This document shows, piece after piece, positions 49,969 through 63,119 of a DNA stretch of 64,000 nucleotides. The translations under genes were made by a program, and so were the position numbers. Below the pieces are notes generated by a model. That model was not told where the DNA came from, searched no databases, and saw only the letters and a list, made by a program, of their open reading frames with translations. Within the stretch, counting starts at the first letter, position 1. Each line of letters starts with the position of its first letter. This DNA is from Phoronis australis (taxonomy: Eukaryota > Animalia > Phoronida), in contig NMRA01000553.1 in NCBI GenBank assembly GCA_002633005.1, forward strand, positions 160,830 through 224,829, read 5' to 3'.

Positions 49969-51850
49969 TAAATTAACGAGTTAAATATTGAATGTTCAGT
50001 ATTTGCATATGTGTTTAAGTTTCGCAGAAATGATTGTCATCTTTAAAAGTTATGTAGCAGTGGCGGATCGAGGATCTCACAAGGGGGCCCCAACATTTCG
50101 TAAACCATCGCGCCGAAGCATGATTGTAGAGGCGCATAGCGCCGAATTGGAGGATGTCGGGAGGGGAGTTTCCACCCAGGAGAAATTTTTGTTTTTGCCT
50201 CTAAAAACAAAAACTTCCTTGGTTTTCAAAAAAAAGGAAAAAAACACACGAAAACTCAGAACGTGTAAAACTGGAAAATGTGAAAAAGCCACGGACTTTT
50301 TTACTCACCACCTGTCTTCCAGAGCGGATGTGCTCTACTACTGCTTCACCACGCTTCACATACTATATAGACATACCCGGTACTTGTTTATGGTCCACAG
50401 TGTTTGCGCGCGAATCTGGTTCTTTCCGTAATGCTTATTACACGTTTTATAATTTGTGCAACCATGTAGAAAAAGCTGTTGTGTTTAAAATAGTCTTTAG
50501 TTTCCCGAAAGACCAAATCCGTTTTAGAAGTTGGCATTAACCATGCGGTTGCTTTGGAAATCGTCTTAATTTTAATGTTTGACAAAGAGAGAATTATGAG
50601 TTTCTGAGTGTTTCATCAAGGCTTCGATTGAAATTCGGTATCTACCTAAGGAGTAGTACTGTAACGACAGATAACCGAGTCAACTGTCAGGTGATGTTTT
50701 TAAAAATCAGTGAGATGGCATAGACATGGCACAAATAAATCTGTCTTGGGAGCTGCAAAAACAATTTTTTGTCATTTTGCGCATATACCTAATAGTTTAC
50801 CATAATTTGTTAAAAAAGATTTGTAAGAATTCAGAACAATCATTTATATGATTCCCAAGGGCGGACAAATTCATCGGGAAGTAATTTTTTTTCAGGCAGT
50901 TTATCATTGATTTCGCCGGCAGATGCTATGACTCATACGATCGGGTATCAGACTGCTCCACGTATGCGTCATTATCTACTGTCGTGTTGCGGTCGTGACC
51001 CACTAAACGTACACCGACGTGGAATGTTAACGTAGATCGTGAAATTACCCGGCGAAACTGCTCTAGCTTAGACCTGCTCGGGTTCTGCCGCAAAACGGCT
51101 ATCCAAGTCATAACTCAGAAGTTATAGGCTAGGATGTGCAGGGTCAGTCGAGTCGTGGAAAATGTATACTACATGGACAACACACCATAGGGGGCTGNNN
51201 NNNNNNNNNNNNNNNNNNNNNNNNNNNNNNNNNNNNNNNNNNNNNNNCAGTGCTGCGCCGCCCTTGCATGGTGTATGGGCGGTGCACCGGCCGGGGGGCT
51301 GGGGAGCTATAGCCCCCACCTTTTTCAGTTCTGCGCAGCCCATAACTAAGGATCGAGTACCTGAACTTGGCTGCTCGGACACATTTATAGACTGATGGCT
51401 TAGCCCAATGAACTCCCCTGCATGGTCGCCCGGGCCAGTGGAACCCGCCATATGTCAATCCGCAAGCCGCCGCGGTCGTAACGGCCCATGCGCGACCGCG
51501 ATTTCAGCTTTCTTATGTTTGTCTACCCGTACTTTTCCCAATGGGTGCTCTGAGTGTTGCACGAAAATGTCTTGCTTTTTCCGAATCTCCTTGGCTGAAA
51601 AGCTGGGGCGGATCGAAAGGGGTCATAGTCGCCCCCTCTCGATCCCTGGCGCCTTTGTCAGAAGTAGCACGTTGTGTAGGCGTTAGCATGAGATTTTATG
51701 CCCGGAGAAATGCAACATCACACCCATGCATCTAGGTCTACCATTCAAGACAAAATTTTGAAATAACATCGTTATCGGCGAGTGAAAGAACTTTGACCTG
51801 TCTGTACGTGTACAACCGGAATACCAAGATAATCCCGCGACAACTCTGTA

Positions 51851-52062
51851 ATGGACAACTCTGCGCTGCTTTCACTGGTTGGCTTGGCGGCGACGAAGCA
51901 CATATTCTGCTACTTCATTGAAAAGCTAGCAACTAACAGAAAGCAGCTGGTTGGTCGCGTGTCACGGTTGGTGGTCTATCCTTTGAAGTCTGCGGCTGGA
52001 ATCGAGCTGGAAAGCGCTTTTTGCGACTGGCTATGTTTGGAGCAAGGGAGGTTGAAAGATAG
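51851..52062 (+). CDS. MTARC: mARC-like (MOSC_N + MOSC) molybdoenzyme, exon 1
   Basis: VGRVSRLVVYPLKSA...LKDR is the MOSC_N signature. Hydrophobic N-terminus. Donor GTAGG. Confidence 0.9.
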
Positions 52063-52864
52063 GTAGGTCGATTGCTGTGTAACAATTATACGAAGTCCAC
52101 GAAGGCTTATTGAACGGCTGACTCGCAGTACTCGTGTGCAGTCGATTCCAACGTTTTACTCTGGCATTATGTTTCATGAGCAATCAATACGATAACGTAG
52201 ACTTATACCTCGTTCATGAAATACAACTGTGAAGGGATCGGTCATCAGTCATTTGCTGGCCAACAGAACAATAGCATATAGGCTATTCTCTATAACATAT
52301 ACAGCGAGTCTTGACCGTGAGGCATTTGTTTACATTACCACTACAAGACCAAGTTCATGTGTGCAAGCACTACATTAGCGGGTCAAACTTTCCAATGCCT
52401 TGTCCTAAGTTCCTAAATTCGTTGTAAAGCAATGGCGTTGCGGGATATTCAGTTGCCGTCATACGGAACCAAGATTAAATATTAAATTTTTCGTATATGT
52501 CTCTTATTGTTTGTTTTCCGCTGTCAAATGAAACTCGATAGCCTGCCATCTAAGCATTTACTACTCAAATAACTGTAACATTACAGTTCGCATCGTTTGT
52601 TAAACTTGAGTTTGACAGAAACGACTGATCGATTTGAGAAAAAGGTAGTAAGATTGAATCATGAGACACGCACCGATGCTAATTTTATTGCAGATGTAAT
52701 AAACTTCAGAAACGGCGATTAAACGAATGTCGTTCATAATAGAAAGTGACAAAAGGTGACCTCTTTTGTTTCATTCAGATATGAATGAATTGCAGTAAGA
52801 AAGTTGTAAAAGGTACGCCGATTGCCGCATAACTCGAATGATACCCTGTCATGAATGCTGGCAG

Positions 52865-53126
52865 GTCATATGGTATGGGGCAACATAGGGGAAAAGCGCC
52901 TTCAGTTCACCTCCGCGAAAACGTTAATGCCCAGCTATACTGTACCCTTGGACTCAGTGTCATATGCCTGGTGTCTTGTCCGTACGTACATTATCGTGTA
53001 TGATGTCAATGCGCGTCCACATCGGGCGCAGGCAACCCAAATGCACGTGCGACAACAAGGCATTAGGTGTCTTTGTAGCCGACGTTAGGTCCTGACCTGA
53101 GCCCAATAGAACAGGGAATCTGGACT
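52865..53126 (+). mobile_element. Tc1/mariner transposase relic in mARC intron 1
   Basis: MVWGNI, DVNARPHRA and frameshifted PDLSPIE, in the order of Tc1 VMVWG / DNARPH / SPDLNPIE. Confidence 0.7.
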
Positions 53127-53596
53127 ATGGCCGTAATTATAATTGTTGACGCCGCCGGTGACAGCACGCATTTTCATGCGCAGACATGCTGTTAACCAAC
53201 TTGTCACTTTCAGTTTTGAGCCACTTTCACTTAATGGCGTTGCTTTGAAAGAGCAAAGACTCCTGTGGAGAAAGTTGATTTTTTGACATCAGGGGATGGT
53301 TAATAGCGGCTGTAACTTCGAAAAAGAGGCGACTGGTCAATTTGAGTTGGAGTCATTTACAGAATCTCGCCAGGGCTGCCTTGCCCGGGCTGACTTCCGT
53401 AACATAAGACGCTTGAGAGACTTTTGAGGCGAGAAACTGGCTTACAACAGACACCATGAATTTTGTCTAGCCAACCCGGCAATATCGTTTCTATGGCGAC
53501 CACTTTCATAGAATATCTGATGTGTCTACCTCACTCACGAAACATTTAAATGATCTTGGGTGTTATCTGAGTGCTTGCTTTATCGTTCGAATTCAG

Positions 53597-53767
53597 GTCA
53601 TGGTTGGTCGTATCCGAAAGCGGTGTCACGCTGTCGCAGTTGCAAGCGCCGAAGTTGGCAGTAATTCAACCAACAATGCTGGACGACAAGTTGTTGCTCA
53701 ACGCCCCTGGAATGGACACTCTAACTGTCAAGATGGGCTCTTCTACTGGACCTCAAACAATATACAA
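53597..53767 (+). CDS. MTARC: mARC-like exon 2 (SWLVVSESG...LNAPGMDTL...)
   Basis: 171 nt, phase 2/2, AG/GT bounded. Confidence 0.9.
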
Positions 53768-54238
53768 GTAGGGCATAAACCTTATTCTTTCCCCAACATT
53801 GTCGCATGAAACTAAACCACAACCACAACAACCTGTGTCGATGGCCCAAATTGGTTGACATCTAGTAGGGGGCGTGTGGTAGGGAATTCATAGTTCCCCA
53901 TCAGGTTGAGTTCTGACCCCCAGATGATCACTACTTCCACACCCACCCTTCTGCCCCCATCCCCTTGTCTCGTAGAATCGCCATGCCCACACATGTATTT
54001 ACCTTAAGAACCAAACGTTCTTCAATACCAAATGCAATTATAGCCCCCTCTCACATCCCAGAAGACTTGCCCTTAATTCTTGGTAATCGTTTGTCTTAGC
54101 ATCGATTAATTTCTAGAATAATCTCACACTGGTTCATGATCATGATTTTAGAATGATTTTAAGAGTTTGAAATGAATTTCACGTGACGCTATTTTTATGA
54201 CAATTAGTATTTATCGGTTACTGTCTCGATGGTTTCAG

Positions 54239-54410
54239 GTTTTTGCGCTCCAAAACAGCCGGTGGCTTAGACTGTGGCGATGAAGCCGCTGTGTGGCTCT
54301 CTCAGTTTCTCGGCAGAAGTGTACGTCTGGTGCACGCAACAGACGACACGCAGAAAACAACCTTTGCTATTGACCAAATGTATGGACAGCTATATAAACC
54401 ACAAGACCAG
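54239..54410 (+). CDS. MTARC: mARC-like exon 3 (GLDCGDEAAVWLSQFLG)
   Basis: 172 nt, DCGDEAAxW motif. Confidence 0.92.
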
Positions 54411-54849
54411 GTTGGTGAGCTGTAATTACGTCGCAAGATAACGATAAAAACAACCTACTATTTTACTTGGCGCTTGAAATTTTTACAATATTAAGTCCAA
54501 AACAACCTAATAAACGTTATTTTCTTGCATAATTCGTTTGTAACAATGAAAAGTATGTCGTCGTTTTGAAAACAGTACGCTCGTGTCACGGGCGCCGTTT
54601 CCTAATTGCTCACGACATCTTTTGAGAGACGATGGTAAATTCTCATCACCAAAGTTTGTTCTGAAATTTGGTTTGCTGGTATTAAAACGAAATGAAACCG
54701 ATTCATTAATTTGTTGGGACATGTACACGACCTCATGAAAGAAGAACAGCTGATTGAAGAGTCAGCGAAAAAAGAAACTGGCCAACAGGTGGCACAACAT
54801 TTCATGGTCCCGGGAGCCTGCGCAAGAGATCTCACCACTTTTTTAGCAA

Positions 54850-55258
54850 CAGAATAACGGCATTACACCATTTTTTTTCAACACCGGTAAATAATTTAGT
54901 TTACTCAAGGAAGAGTAGTTCTTAATGACACCGACTTTGTGTCAGATTTTATTCGGTCATTTTTTACCCACATTGGCGTAAAGCTGTATATTTAGTATAC
55001 AGCTTTGTAGCGAGGCTAAATGTACAATTGGTACAAAGCTGTATTATACTAAAATACAGCTTGGCGCAAAGCTATATATTTGGTATACAGCTTTGTACCA
55101 AGGCTAAGTGTACCCTTGGTACAAAGCTGTATACTAAAAATACAGCTTTGCGCCAGTGTGGGTAAGCAACATTAGTGTCATTAAAAACTACACCTTTCCT
55201 TGAGCAAACTAAATTATTTAACGTACGGTGTTGGAAAAATTGGTGTTCTACCGTTCTG
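54850..55258. mobile_element. Foldback/MITE with long inverted arms and internal ATACAGCTTTG repeats
   Basis: AAATAATTTAGTTTACTCAAGGAA / TTCCTTGAGCAAACTAAATTATTT and further paired blocks. Confidence 0.75.
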
Positions 55259-55584
55259 CTGAAGTTAAAAGACTTTTGACGAGCTTTGGCGTTCCATGCC
55301 TCTTTAAATTGGGGGCGTTGCACGAGTCCTTGAACATTGGCGTTGATCGGTATGTGTCAAAGCTAAAACTTGAAGTAGTAACGAACATAATGTAGCAGAA
55401 GAAAGGACAACTGTTTTTACTTCAAGGCTACAAACTTGCGCTGAAAAATTGGGGAACATAGTTGAGTTCCGAATTGCTCTTGTTTCTTGCAACCGGCCGC
55501 TGGTTCCTGCGACTTTGAGTGTGTGGCGATTGCACGTGTTTACTTGTCGTCTGCTTGTTAATTTAAACCACATTTTTATTGCAG

Positions 55585-55725
55585 GCGATTTACCACTTCG
55601 GTGCTCCGCACATGATTATGTCTGATGCTTCCTTGAGAGACCTGAACTGCCGACGAGAGTCGCCCGTAGGCTACAGACCATTCCGTCCCAACATTTTGGT
55701 TGATGGCTGCTCTCCGTTTGATGAG
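55585..55725 (+). CDS. MTARC: mARC-like exon 4 (SDASLRDLN...FRPNILVDGC)
   Basis: 141 nt, SLxDLN and FRPN motifs. Confidence 0.93.
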
Positions 55726-56447
55726 GTTTGTTTCACTGGTGCTCTTCGATTCGTTGTCACCATGTAATCACAAGAGACGGACACTATAGGTGTAGTTGGC
55801 TTGAAGGTTCAAATACAATACTCCTTACTGGTCACCCTGACTGGTGCCGGTGACTCGCAGTTCTCGCTCCCGGAAGGGAGAACCTTTCCGCTGCCGTAGA
55901 GTGTAGCCAGTGCAATTAAAGCTGGCATTCTCTGCGTTTACCGCTCCACCAGAAATGATGCCAGCGGTTTGTATGCCTCAGTGCTTTGATGATATGGGAA
56001 GGCGACGTTTTTCAGTGACAATGGGCAAAGCAGAGAATTATGGTATTTCCGTCTAAAAGTCCTACAATGCTGTGGTTGTCTTAGAGACAATTAGAATGTT
56101 AATTGTTGTTTTCCTGGGTCTTGTTACTCTTTGACGTAGTCATGTAGTGGTGCCGTGTGGAGGTCGCAATTACCTGACGCTGTCGTGTGACGTTGCAGTT
56201 AAATATAGGTCATATATGTATATGTATACAGTGCACGTGGGTTGGTTCTAGTTTGTTTGCAGTAGCAGCTAAAGCAAAAATGGTACGGTGGAAGAGGTGC
56301 GTGTTGCTACGCATTAGCTCATACGCCAAACTTTCCATAAATATTGAAAACGAGTAGTTTGCTATGAGATGATCATGTCCATGAAATATTCGGAAATTTA
56401 TGCGCTAGTGTCACGTGATTGTCACGTGTTATTTCTCTTTGTTTAAG

Positions 56448-56509
56448 GATAACTGGGAGAAGGTGTTCATAGCCGACGCCGAGTTAAGACGAGTGAAGCT
56501 GTGTACACG
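56448..56509 (+). CDS. MTARC: mARC-like exon 5 (DNWEKVFIADAELRRVKLCTR)
   Basis: 62 nt manual translation, AG/GT bounded. Confidence 0.88.
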
Positions 56510-57070
56510 GTGACTATACTCAGTGGCGGATTTAGAGGGTGTCATTCCATGTGACAGTTCGAGGGTGCGAATGTCTGACGGGCAAAATCCTGGCTAATAC
56601 TCCGCCCTGGACAACCCCCAACTCAAAATCCTGGATCCACCTCTGATGCTTGTATACCTGAGTGACATGTTCTTTAAATCCGGATTGGATGAAACTGCCT
56701 AAGCTACTAGCTCCGCCGCTGAAACATAAGCGAATCCAGGGTGTCAAGGGGGTCCGGACCCCTCCTAGTGATATCAAATCTAAAGTTTTCACATTGTTAA
56801 CTTTGACCCCCATTTTTAAAGTATCCCTTGATCTGACCCCCTTTTTTAAAATCCTGGATACGTCCATGTTAAACGATTGGTTGGTAGTGCTGAAATGCTG
56901 AGTAATGGTTGAGTAAAAAGTTACGGGTTCCGTGCCATCTATCAAGATGTCTCTTCACAAGTGTCTCACAGAAGTGTTTCTAGCGTAAAGGAACCTTAAA
57001 ACAAATTACCTGTACTAGAATAGAATGTTATACAATGCATAATTATTTGGGTTCAATATTCCCATTTTAG

Positions 57071-57148
57071 GTGTCCTATTGTGAACACCGACGTCGAGAC
57101 AGGTGAAAGACGCCCTGACGCTGATGGCCCGTTGACGACCTTAAGAGA
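57071..57148 (+). CDS. MTARC: mARC-like exon 6 (CPIVNTDVETG...PLTTLRE), contains the Mo-ligating Cys of CxRC
   Basis: 78 nt, phase 2/2. Confidence 0.9.
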
Positions 57149-57778
57149 GTAAGACATTTACATACAACAATATTTTCTGAAATTATTTTATCGAATTGCT
57201 GTTCAGGAAGAAAACTCCTCGCTTTTGGTCAAAACAGTGTTAGAGTTTTTGTTTTACCGTCAGCTATTGTACAACGGAACCACGTCACCTGTTCATTACG
57301 ATAAGGTCCTTCCCAATGGAAGAATCTCATTTCACTTTTGCACTTGCTCTTTGCCCCAAAGGGCCGCCAAGCTGCCTCACATTTCAGCCTTCCGGTCGCT
57401 AACAGTTTCGCGTTTGGTTCTCCTGTTAATAAATGTACTTCTGGCCACGACAGTGTCTATTGACTGAAAGTATGAACTTAAAAACGGAGGAAGACTATAT
57501 GTAATGTGTCGATGACGTATGGCTGACTGCAATAAAGACAGGTTCGACGATGCCTCGATACTGGGACCGAATATTGGCTCCCTTCCCCTCTCAAAAATAT
57601 TAAAAACCAACGCGAAGTTACCCTTATCAAGTCAAAAAAATTACCCTCTAAACTATCAAAAATACCCCTCTTGGTTTACATGTATCATTGTCGTAATAAC
57701 GTAGAAAATATGTATCTGAAACTAAATAAGGCGATCCAGATCCTCCCAAGGATACTATTGTTTCAAGAAATGAAGAAT

Positions 57779-59202
57779 ATAATTCGGTAAATAAAACAAC
57801 AAGAATGGATCAACTGAAATTTGAAATTTTCGGATGTAACGACTTCCTTTATCAACAAAAACAGAAATAAAGTAAAATCAAACACAAAATGACAATTGAC
57901 ACATAAGATATGGTGTAATGAAAATGATACATTTTTGCGTAAAAAATTCCATGACATATTTTAAGAAGCTTTTATGCTCAACCCATGAGGTTCTATTGTA
58001 TTCAGTTTGTCTATCCAATATTGTTCTCTTTTAAGTCTGTGAGGGGTACTGGGGTGTTGGAGTTTTTCTATTATTTGTACAGAAAAATCTTGAATATTAT
58101 GGTTTTTGGAATTGAAATGATTACCTATAGTATCAGAAATGTTTTTATGTATTATGTTAAATCTATGATTACGAAACCGAGTTTGTAGATTATGTTNNNN
58201 NNNNNNNNNNNNNNNNNNNNNNNNNNNNNNNNNNNNNNNNNNNNNNNNNNNNNNNNNNNNNNNNNNNNNNNNNNNNNNNNNNNNNNNNNNNNNNNNNNNN
58301 NNNNNNNNNNNNNNNNNNNNNNNNNNNNNNNNNNNNNNNNNNNNNNNNNNNNNNNNNNNNNNNNNNNNNNNNNNNNNNNNNNNNNNNNNNNNNNNNNNNN
58401 NNNNNNNNNNNNNNNNNNNNNNNNNNNNNNNNNNNNNNNNNNNNNNNNNNNNNNNNNNNNNNNNNNNNNNNNNNNNNNNNNNNNNNNNNNNNNNNNNNNN
58501 NNNNNNNNNNNNNNNNNNNNNNNNNNNNNNNNNNNNNNNNNNNNNNNNNNNNNNNNNNNNNNNNNNNNNNNNNNNNNNNNNNNNNNNNNNNNNNNNNNNN
58601 NNNNNNNNNNNNNNNNNNNNNNNNNNNNNNNNNNNNNNNNNNNNNNNNNNNNNNNNNNNNNNNNNNNNNNNNNNNNNNNNNNNNNNNNNNNNNNNNNNNN
58701 NNNNNNNNNNNNNNNNNNNNNNNNNNNNNNNNNNNNNNNNNNNNNNNNNNNNNNNNNNNNNNNNNNNNNNNNNNNNNNNNNNNNNNNNNNNNNNNNNNNN
58801 NNNNNNNNNNNNNNNNNNNNNNNNNNNNNNNNNNNNNNNNNNNNNTGATACTATAGGTAATCATTTCAATTCCAAAAACCATAATATTCAAGATCTTTCT
58901 GTACAAATAATAGAAAAACTCCAACACCCCAGTACCCCTCACAGACTTAAAAGAGAACAATATTGGATAGACAAACTGAATACAATAGAACCTCATGGGT
59001 TGAACATAAAAACTTCTTAAAATATGTCATTGAATTTTTTACGCAAAAATGTATCATTCTCATTACACCATATCTTATATGTCAATTGTCATTTTGTGTT
59101 TGATTTTACTTTATTTCTGTTTTTGTTGATAAAGGAAGTCGTTACATCCGAAAATTTCAAATTTCAGTTGATCCATTCTTGTTGTTTTATTTACCGATTT
59201 AT
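57779..59202. repeat. Long near-perfect inverted repeat (>=350-bp arms) around an N gap in mARC intron 6
   Basis: 57779-58132 is the reverse complement of 58846-59202 with few mismatches. Confidence 0.88.
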
Positions 59203-59842
59203 GTCGTAATAAGTAATGCAACAAATAAAGCTAACAAAAATTCCCCACACACTTTAGTAAAAGCGGTGCAAAATTTCTCTACCTAGTAGAATACGCCGCA
59301 AAACTTTATCCTTTCACAAGTTACAGGCACCTTTCCTCTCAGGTAAGTGAGGGACCAGAAAAATCAAACCTTGTTGATAGACTTCAAAGTTAGCCATGTT
59401 TTGAGAGGCACAGTAAAAAAGTATTACCTCGGATGCGACACAAATAAAATTCTAAAAATCTCTACACACAAAGTGTCATAAAAAGTGTCTTAAGATTTCT
59501 ATCACTCGCTGTTATAAAATTGAGACCGGAAGTAGTTTATGGGCTTGGGAAGAATTGACAGTTATTGTTCCGCAAAACTAGGCGCAACAACGAGTTGGCT
59601 ACGCAGGACATACGTGCGCGCGAGCCCAGTACGGCCTGAATCACTTGTCATCTGCCAATCCTTCACAAGTCCAGACGTGACTTTCATTCTCAATAAAAAC
59701 AAACTGAAACAGGTTTTGTAACGGTTTTCTGAATCAAAATTTATTTTATGATAGAAGCTGGGGTCATGACGGCTTTAAGTACTAACTTTGGCTGGCCAAA
59801 TTGATCAGAATTTGCATAATGTGCGTTTTTGTGATGTTGCAG

Positions 59843-59993
59843 GTACCGACTCGCTGGAGACTTGGGATACAAGAAAAACGATCCCTGCATGGGAGTGCAA
59901 TTTGGGATAGACAAATGTGGGGAGGTCAAGGTCGGTGACCCCGTCTATGTCATCAAGAAAAAACCTGAGCGAATCCAGTTGGTTGGCTTGTGA
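59843..59993 (+). CDS. MTARC: mARC-like exon 7 (YRL...GEVKVGDPVYV...stop); total 328 aa
   Basis: GxIxVGDxV-type C-terminal MOSC motif, TGA at 59991-59993. Confidence 0.9.
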
Positions 59994-61259
59994 TCTGCTC
60001 AAAATGAGCACTGTTTATTAAGACTACATTTCGCCCGGTTAACTGTCAATGTTGAATTCTTAACCGAAGCACTTTGAGGTTTAAAACACTTCCACGCTTA
60101 CGCGATCTTGAATTATTGTCGAATGAGCCCACAACTTAAGTTACAGGAAATGCGTGCATGCGCCATTGTCGAATCCATTATGTATGAACCCTTATAAATT
60201 TTGAAGCACAACTTGAGTCGCGGGGGTTTCCATGTTCTTTTTGGTAACTAAAATAGAATCCTGTGACGATGAGAATTTTTATAAGGCCGATTTTATGACT
60301 GTAAACGGCCTAGTTTTCGGGTTTTAGGCAGCTAAACGGGGCGAAATGCAACTTTAAGAAAATGCTGAGAAAATTAAATAGCCTTAATTATGGTACTGAG
60401 GCCTAGCGATACTATGCAGGCAACGAAACAGAGATTTTACAATATGAATTTTTGTGAATCCTTGCTAAAACTGGGGACGAATGTGCCAAGTCTACATGCA
60501 AATGACGTTGGAAAGACAAACTACGCATAGCCACTCCTAGAAATTGTACTAGATAGTTAAATAGTGTTTGAAATTGGCTAATGAAGTGAATTCCAGACCT
60601 ACAATTCAAACACGTGCAATTTTCAGTATGAGAAGGTTGCATTACAGTACTGACAGACTTCAAATGTAAACATGCCACTTGTGTAATGATTTCTTCAAAA
60701 AGAGCATATCAGTCAATGAATTATTGAAACTATCCACGGAAGATGCCTGAGGAAATTTCAGATGAAGTAAAGTATTGCTCTTTAATACAGTCTAAACGTT
60801 GTGATATTCTGAATAGTGACAACAAGAAGAAAGAAAGAAAATAAGGTCAGCCCATATTCATGAGCATGGATAATGTCAATTGGAACCTGGAACTTGCGTC
60901 GATTTAATAAATTACTATCTTTAAGCTTAAGGCTATGAATTCGTCATTGATAGAATGCGCTCCTTTAGGTAAGTTGCTCGTTTCGCAGCCAGTCTCCATT
61001 ATTATTAGCGTCTGGTGTACAACTCGAAAACGAGGCACTTTGGTTATTTTATCATACTAAGCTACCGTTTATTTGTATGCATATTTCAACAATCTAGTTT
61101 GTCTCTAGTTTTCTATATCAACCTTTCAATTGCTGCTTAATGATTTGAATTTCACCGCAACTTTCCTTTTTGGCAGAACTTTATAAGACACAAAAATAGA
61201 AGCACAGGTGTAATTTACTGTTACAGTAACTAAAACTAAAACTAAAACTAAACAAATTG

Positions 61260-61326
61260 TTCAGGTCTGATGACATAGTGAGCAGAGGGCATTGTGATCA
61301 GAACCCGCCTTTATCACTGATCTGAA
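61260..61326 (+). ncRNA. Candidate box C/D snoRNA
   Basis: TTCAGG-TC-TGATGA ... CTGA-TCTGAA: 6-bp terminal stem with K-turn geometry, internal CAGA (D') and GTGATCA (C'). Confidence 0.35.
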
Positions 61327-62623
61327 TTATGACGCAAATTGCATCATTCAGGGTAGTGAAAGTTATTTGATTTAAACTAGGAACCAGTCACTGCTATTGC
61401 TGACATCTTCGCCTTCGAAACTAACGTCAAGTACACTATTCCAATTAATGCTACTATATCATCAAACGAAATAAAACCAGCTTCCTTAGAATACATAATA
61501 AGTGAACCGACTTCAGAAATGTTGTTACAAACAAAATGGCGACTGCATTCTCGTCACTCGAGAGAATTCACGTGAATCAATGTTCGGTAATCATCGTAGT
61601 CCGGAAATACTCAACAGACGCAGGTTGATTGCGGCTTAACTCCGTGGCGCCGATGTTTTGTACGACCAGCGACTGAGTGAAAAGATTGCAAGCCCGCAAC
61701 GGAGCTCGTATCGATAGGGTTTTTCGCGTTGCTATTCCTTCTCTTACTGGTTCCTAGATTTAAATACAGCGTCACCTCATACTTGATTGACCAATAAAGA
61801 AGTAGGAGCTATTCACCAGACTCTAATGTTAATAGAGGCTGGATGCGATACCGTAAATATTACCAGCTGTACATTTCCCACAGTACCTGCTTCAACTGAA
61901 GACCTTATCAATGGCAAGTCAGCGCAGTCTCTAGTCACACGCCTATTAGATACAATTCGTCATTTCCCGTGTGACGCTATGATGTACTTAAGTTTCACAA
62001 ATCGTTTAGTTTTCTGCGAGGTAGGCCTATTTGCTTTTATCTGTGATCAAAATGGCGATTGACGTGTATGCTAGGAAGTCGCATTTTTGTTTGAAATGAG
62101 TCGATGACAGTCCAAGCTCATCTGCTATAAAAGTTCCTCCGTTTCCATGTGACGTGTACATTACATAAATGTATCTTTAGATCATCGGGAAAACCAGGGA
62201 TGTTGTAAAATTTAACACTACAACCACCAACGCCTTCTCCTTTTGATTAACTTTTACCTCAGACGGTGAATTTTAGACTTAAAGAAAATAATCACAGCGT
62301 TGCGAATAATAGACACCTGGAAAACGATTCAACGAATTCTAGTTTGATGAGGTGCCAAACGAAAGAACAATCATTCATGATTTTAGTCCAACCACTATTT
62401 TTGGAAGTTTGTGCAGGGCTTGACAAGTTTATAGGCCACCCTGGCCGTAAGTACCCGGCTGTGTACTGCATGTTAATAAAGTAAAAGCCTACTTTTGTGC
62501 ATAGACCGTAGACCGAGTCACGCCATTCGATATGCACTAATCTCGAATGCCACAATATACACGTGGATGCATCTTACTATATTCCCCATTTGTCATTGAA
62601 TTGTCTGCCTCTCACACTGTATT

Positions 62624-63099
62624 TCACTCGGTGGATATCAGACTTTCAGGTAATTCGCCTGTACCTGGGGTTTCTCTATTTTCAACGTTGGAACTCTCCG
62701 CCTTTTGCAGCTGGTCATTGAGCATCAAACTTGTTGTTAATTCCTCTGTAACTGAGGCGGCTGTAACTTCTACATTGGAGCTCTCCGCGTCTTCCAACTG
62801 CACGCTCTTAATCTCTTCCTTAGCGTTTTGAATAAGATTCTCGTCCACGTCTGCAAGCCTCGGATGCTGCTCGATGTACATTTCGTACTCATCAGCGACT
62901 GGTTCGATACACGACCTTTTTTCTATAGCCTCCTCCAACTTGTCCTGCAGAACGTGTCGATCGTCTGCAAACTCATCCGTTGTCTTACAAATTGCTACGC
63001 TTGTGGACAAATGCTTGTGTTTGTAGATTACTACACCGACCACAGTCGCCACCAAAATTAACCCAACGGCAAGCGGCACCGCCCATGTAACATCGGAGA
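62624..63099 (-). CDS. Terminal exon of an unidentified single-pass membrane protein (TM helix plus acidic tail)
   Basis: Phase-1 acceptor TTATTTGCAG, then WAVPLAVGLILVATVVGVVIY-KHKH, with 157 open codons and an internal AESSNVE repeat. Confidence 0.6.
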
Positions 63100-63119
63100 C
63101 TGCAAATAAGATCAGAATC

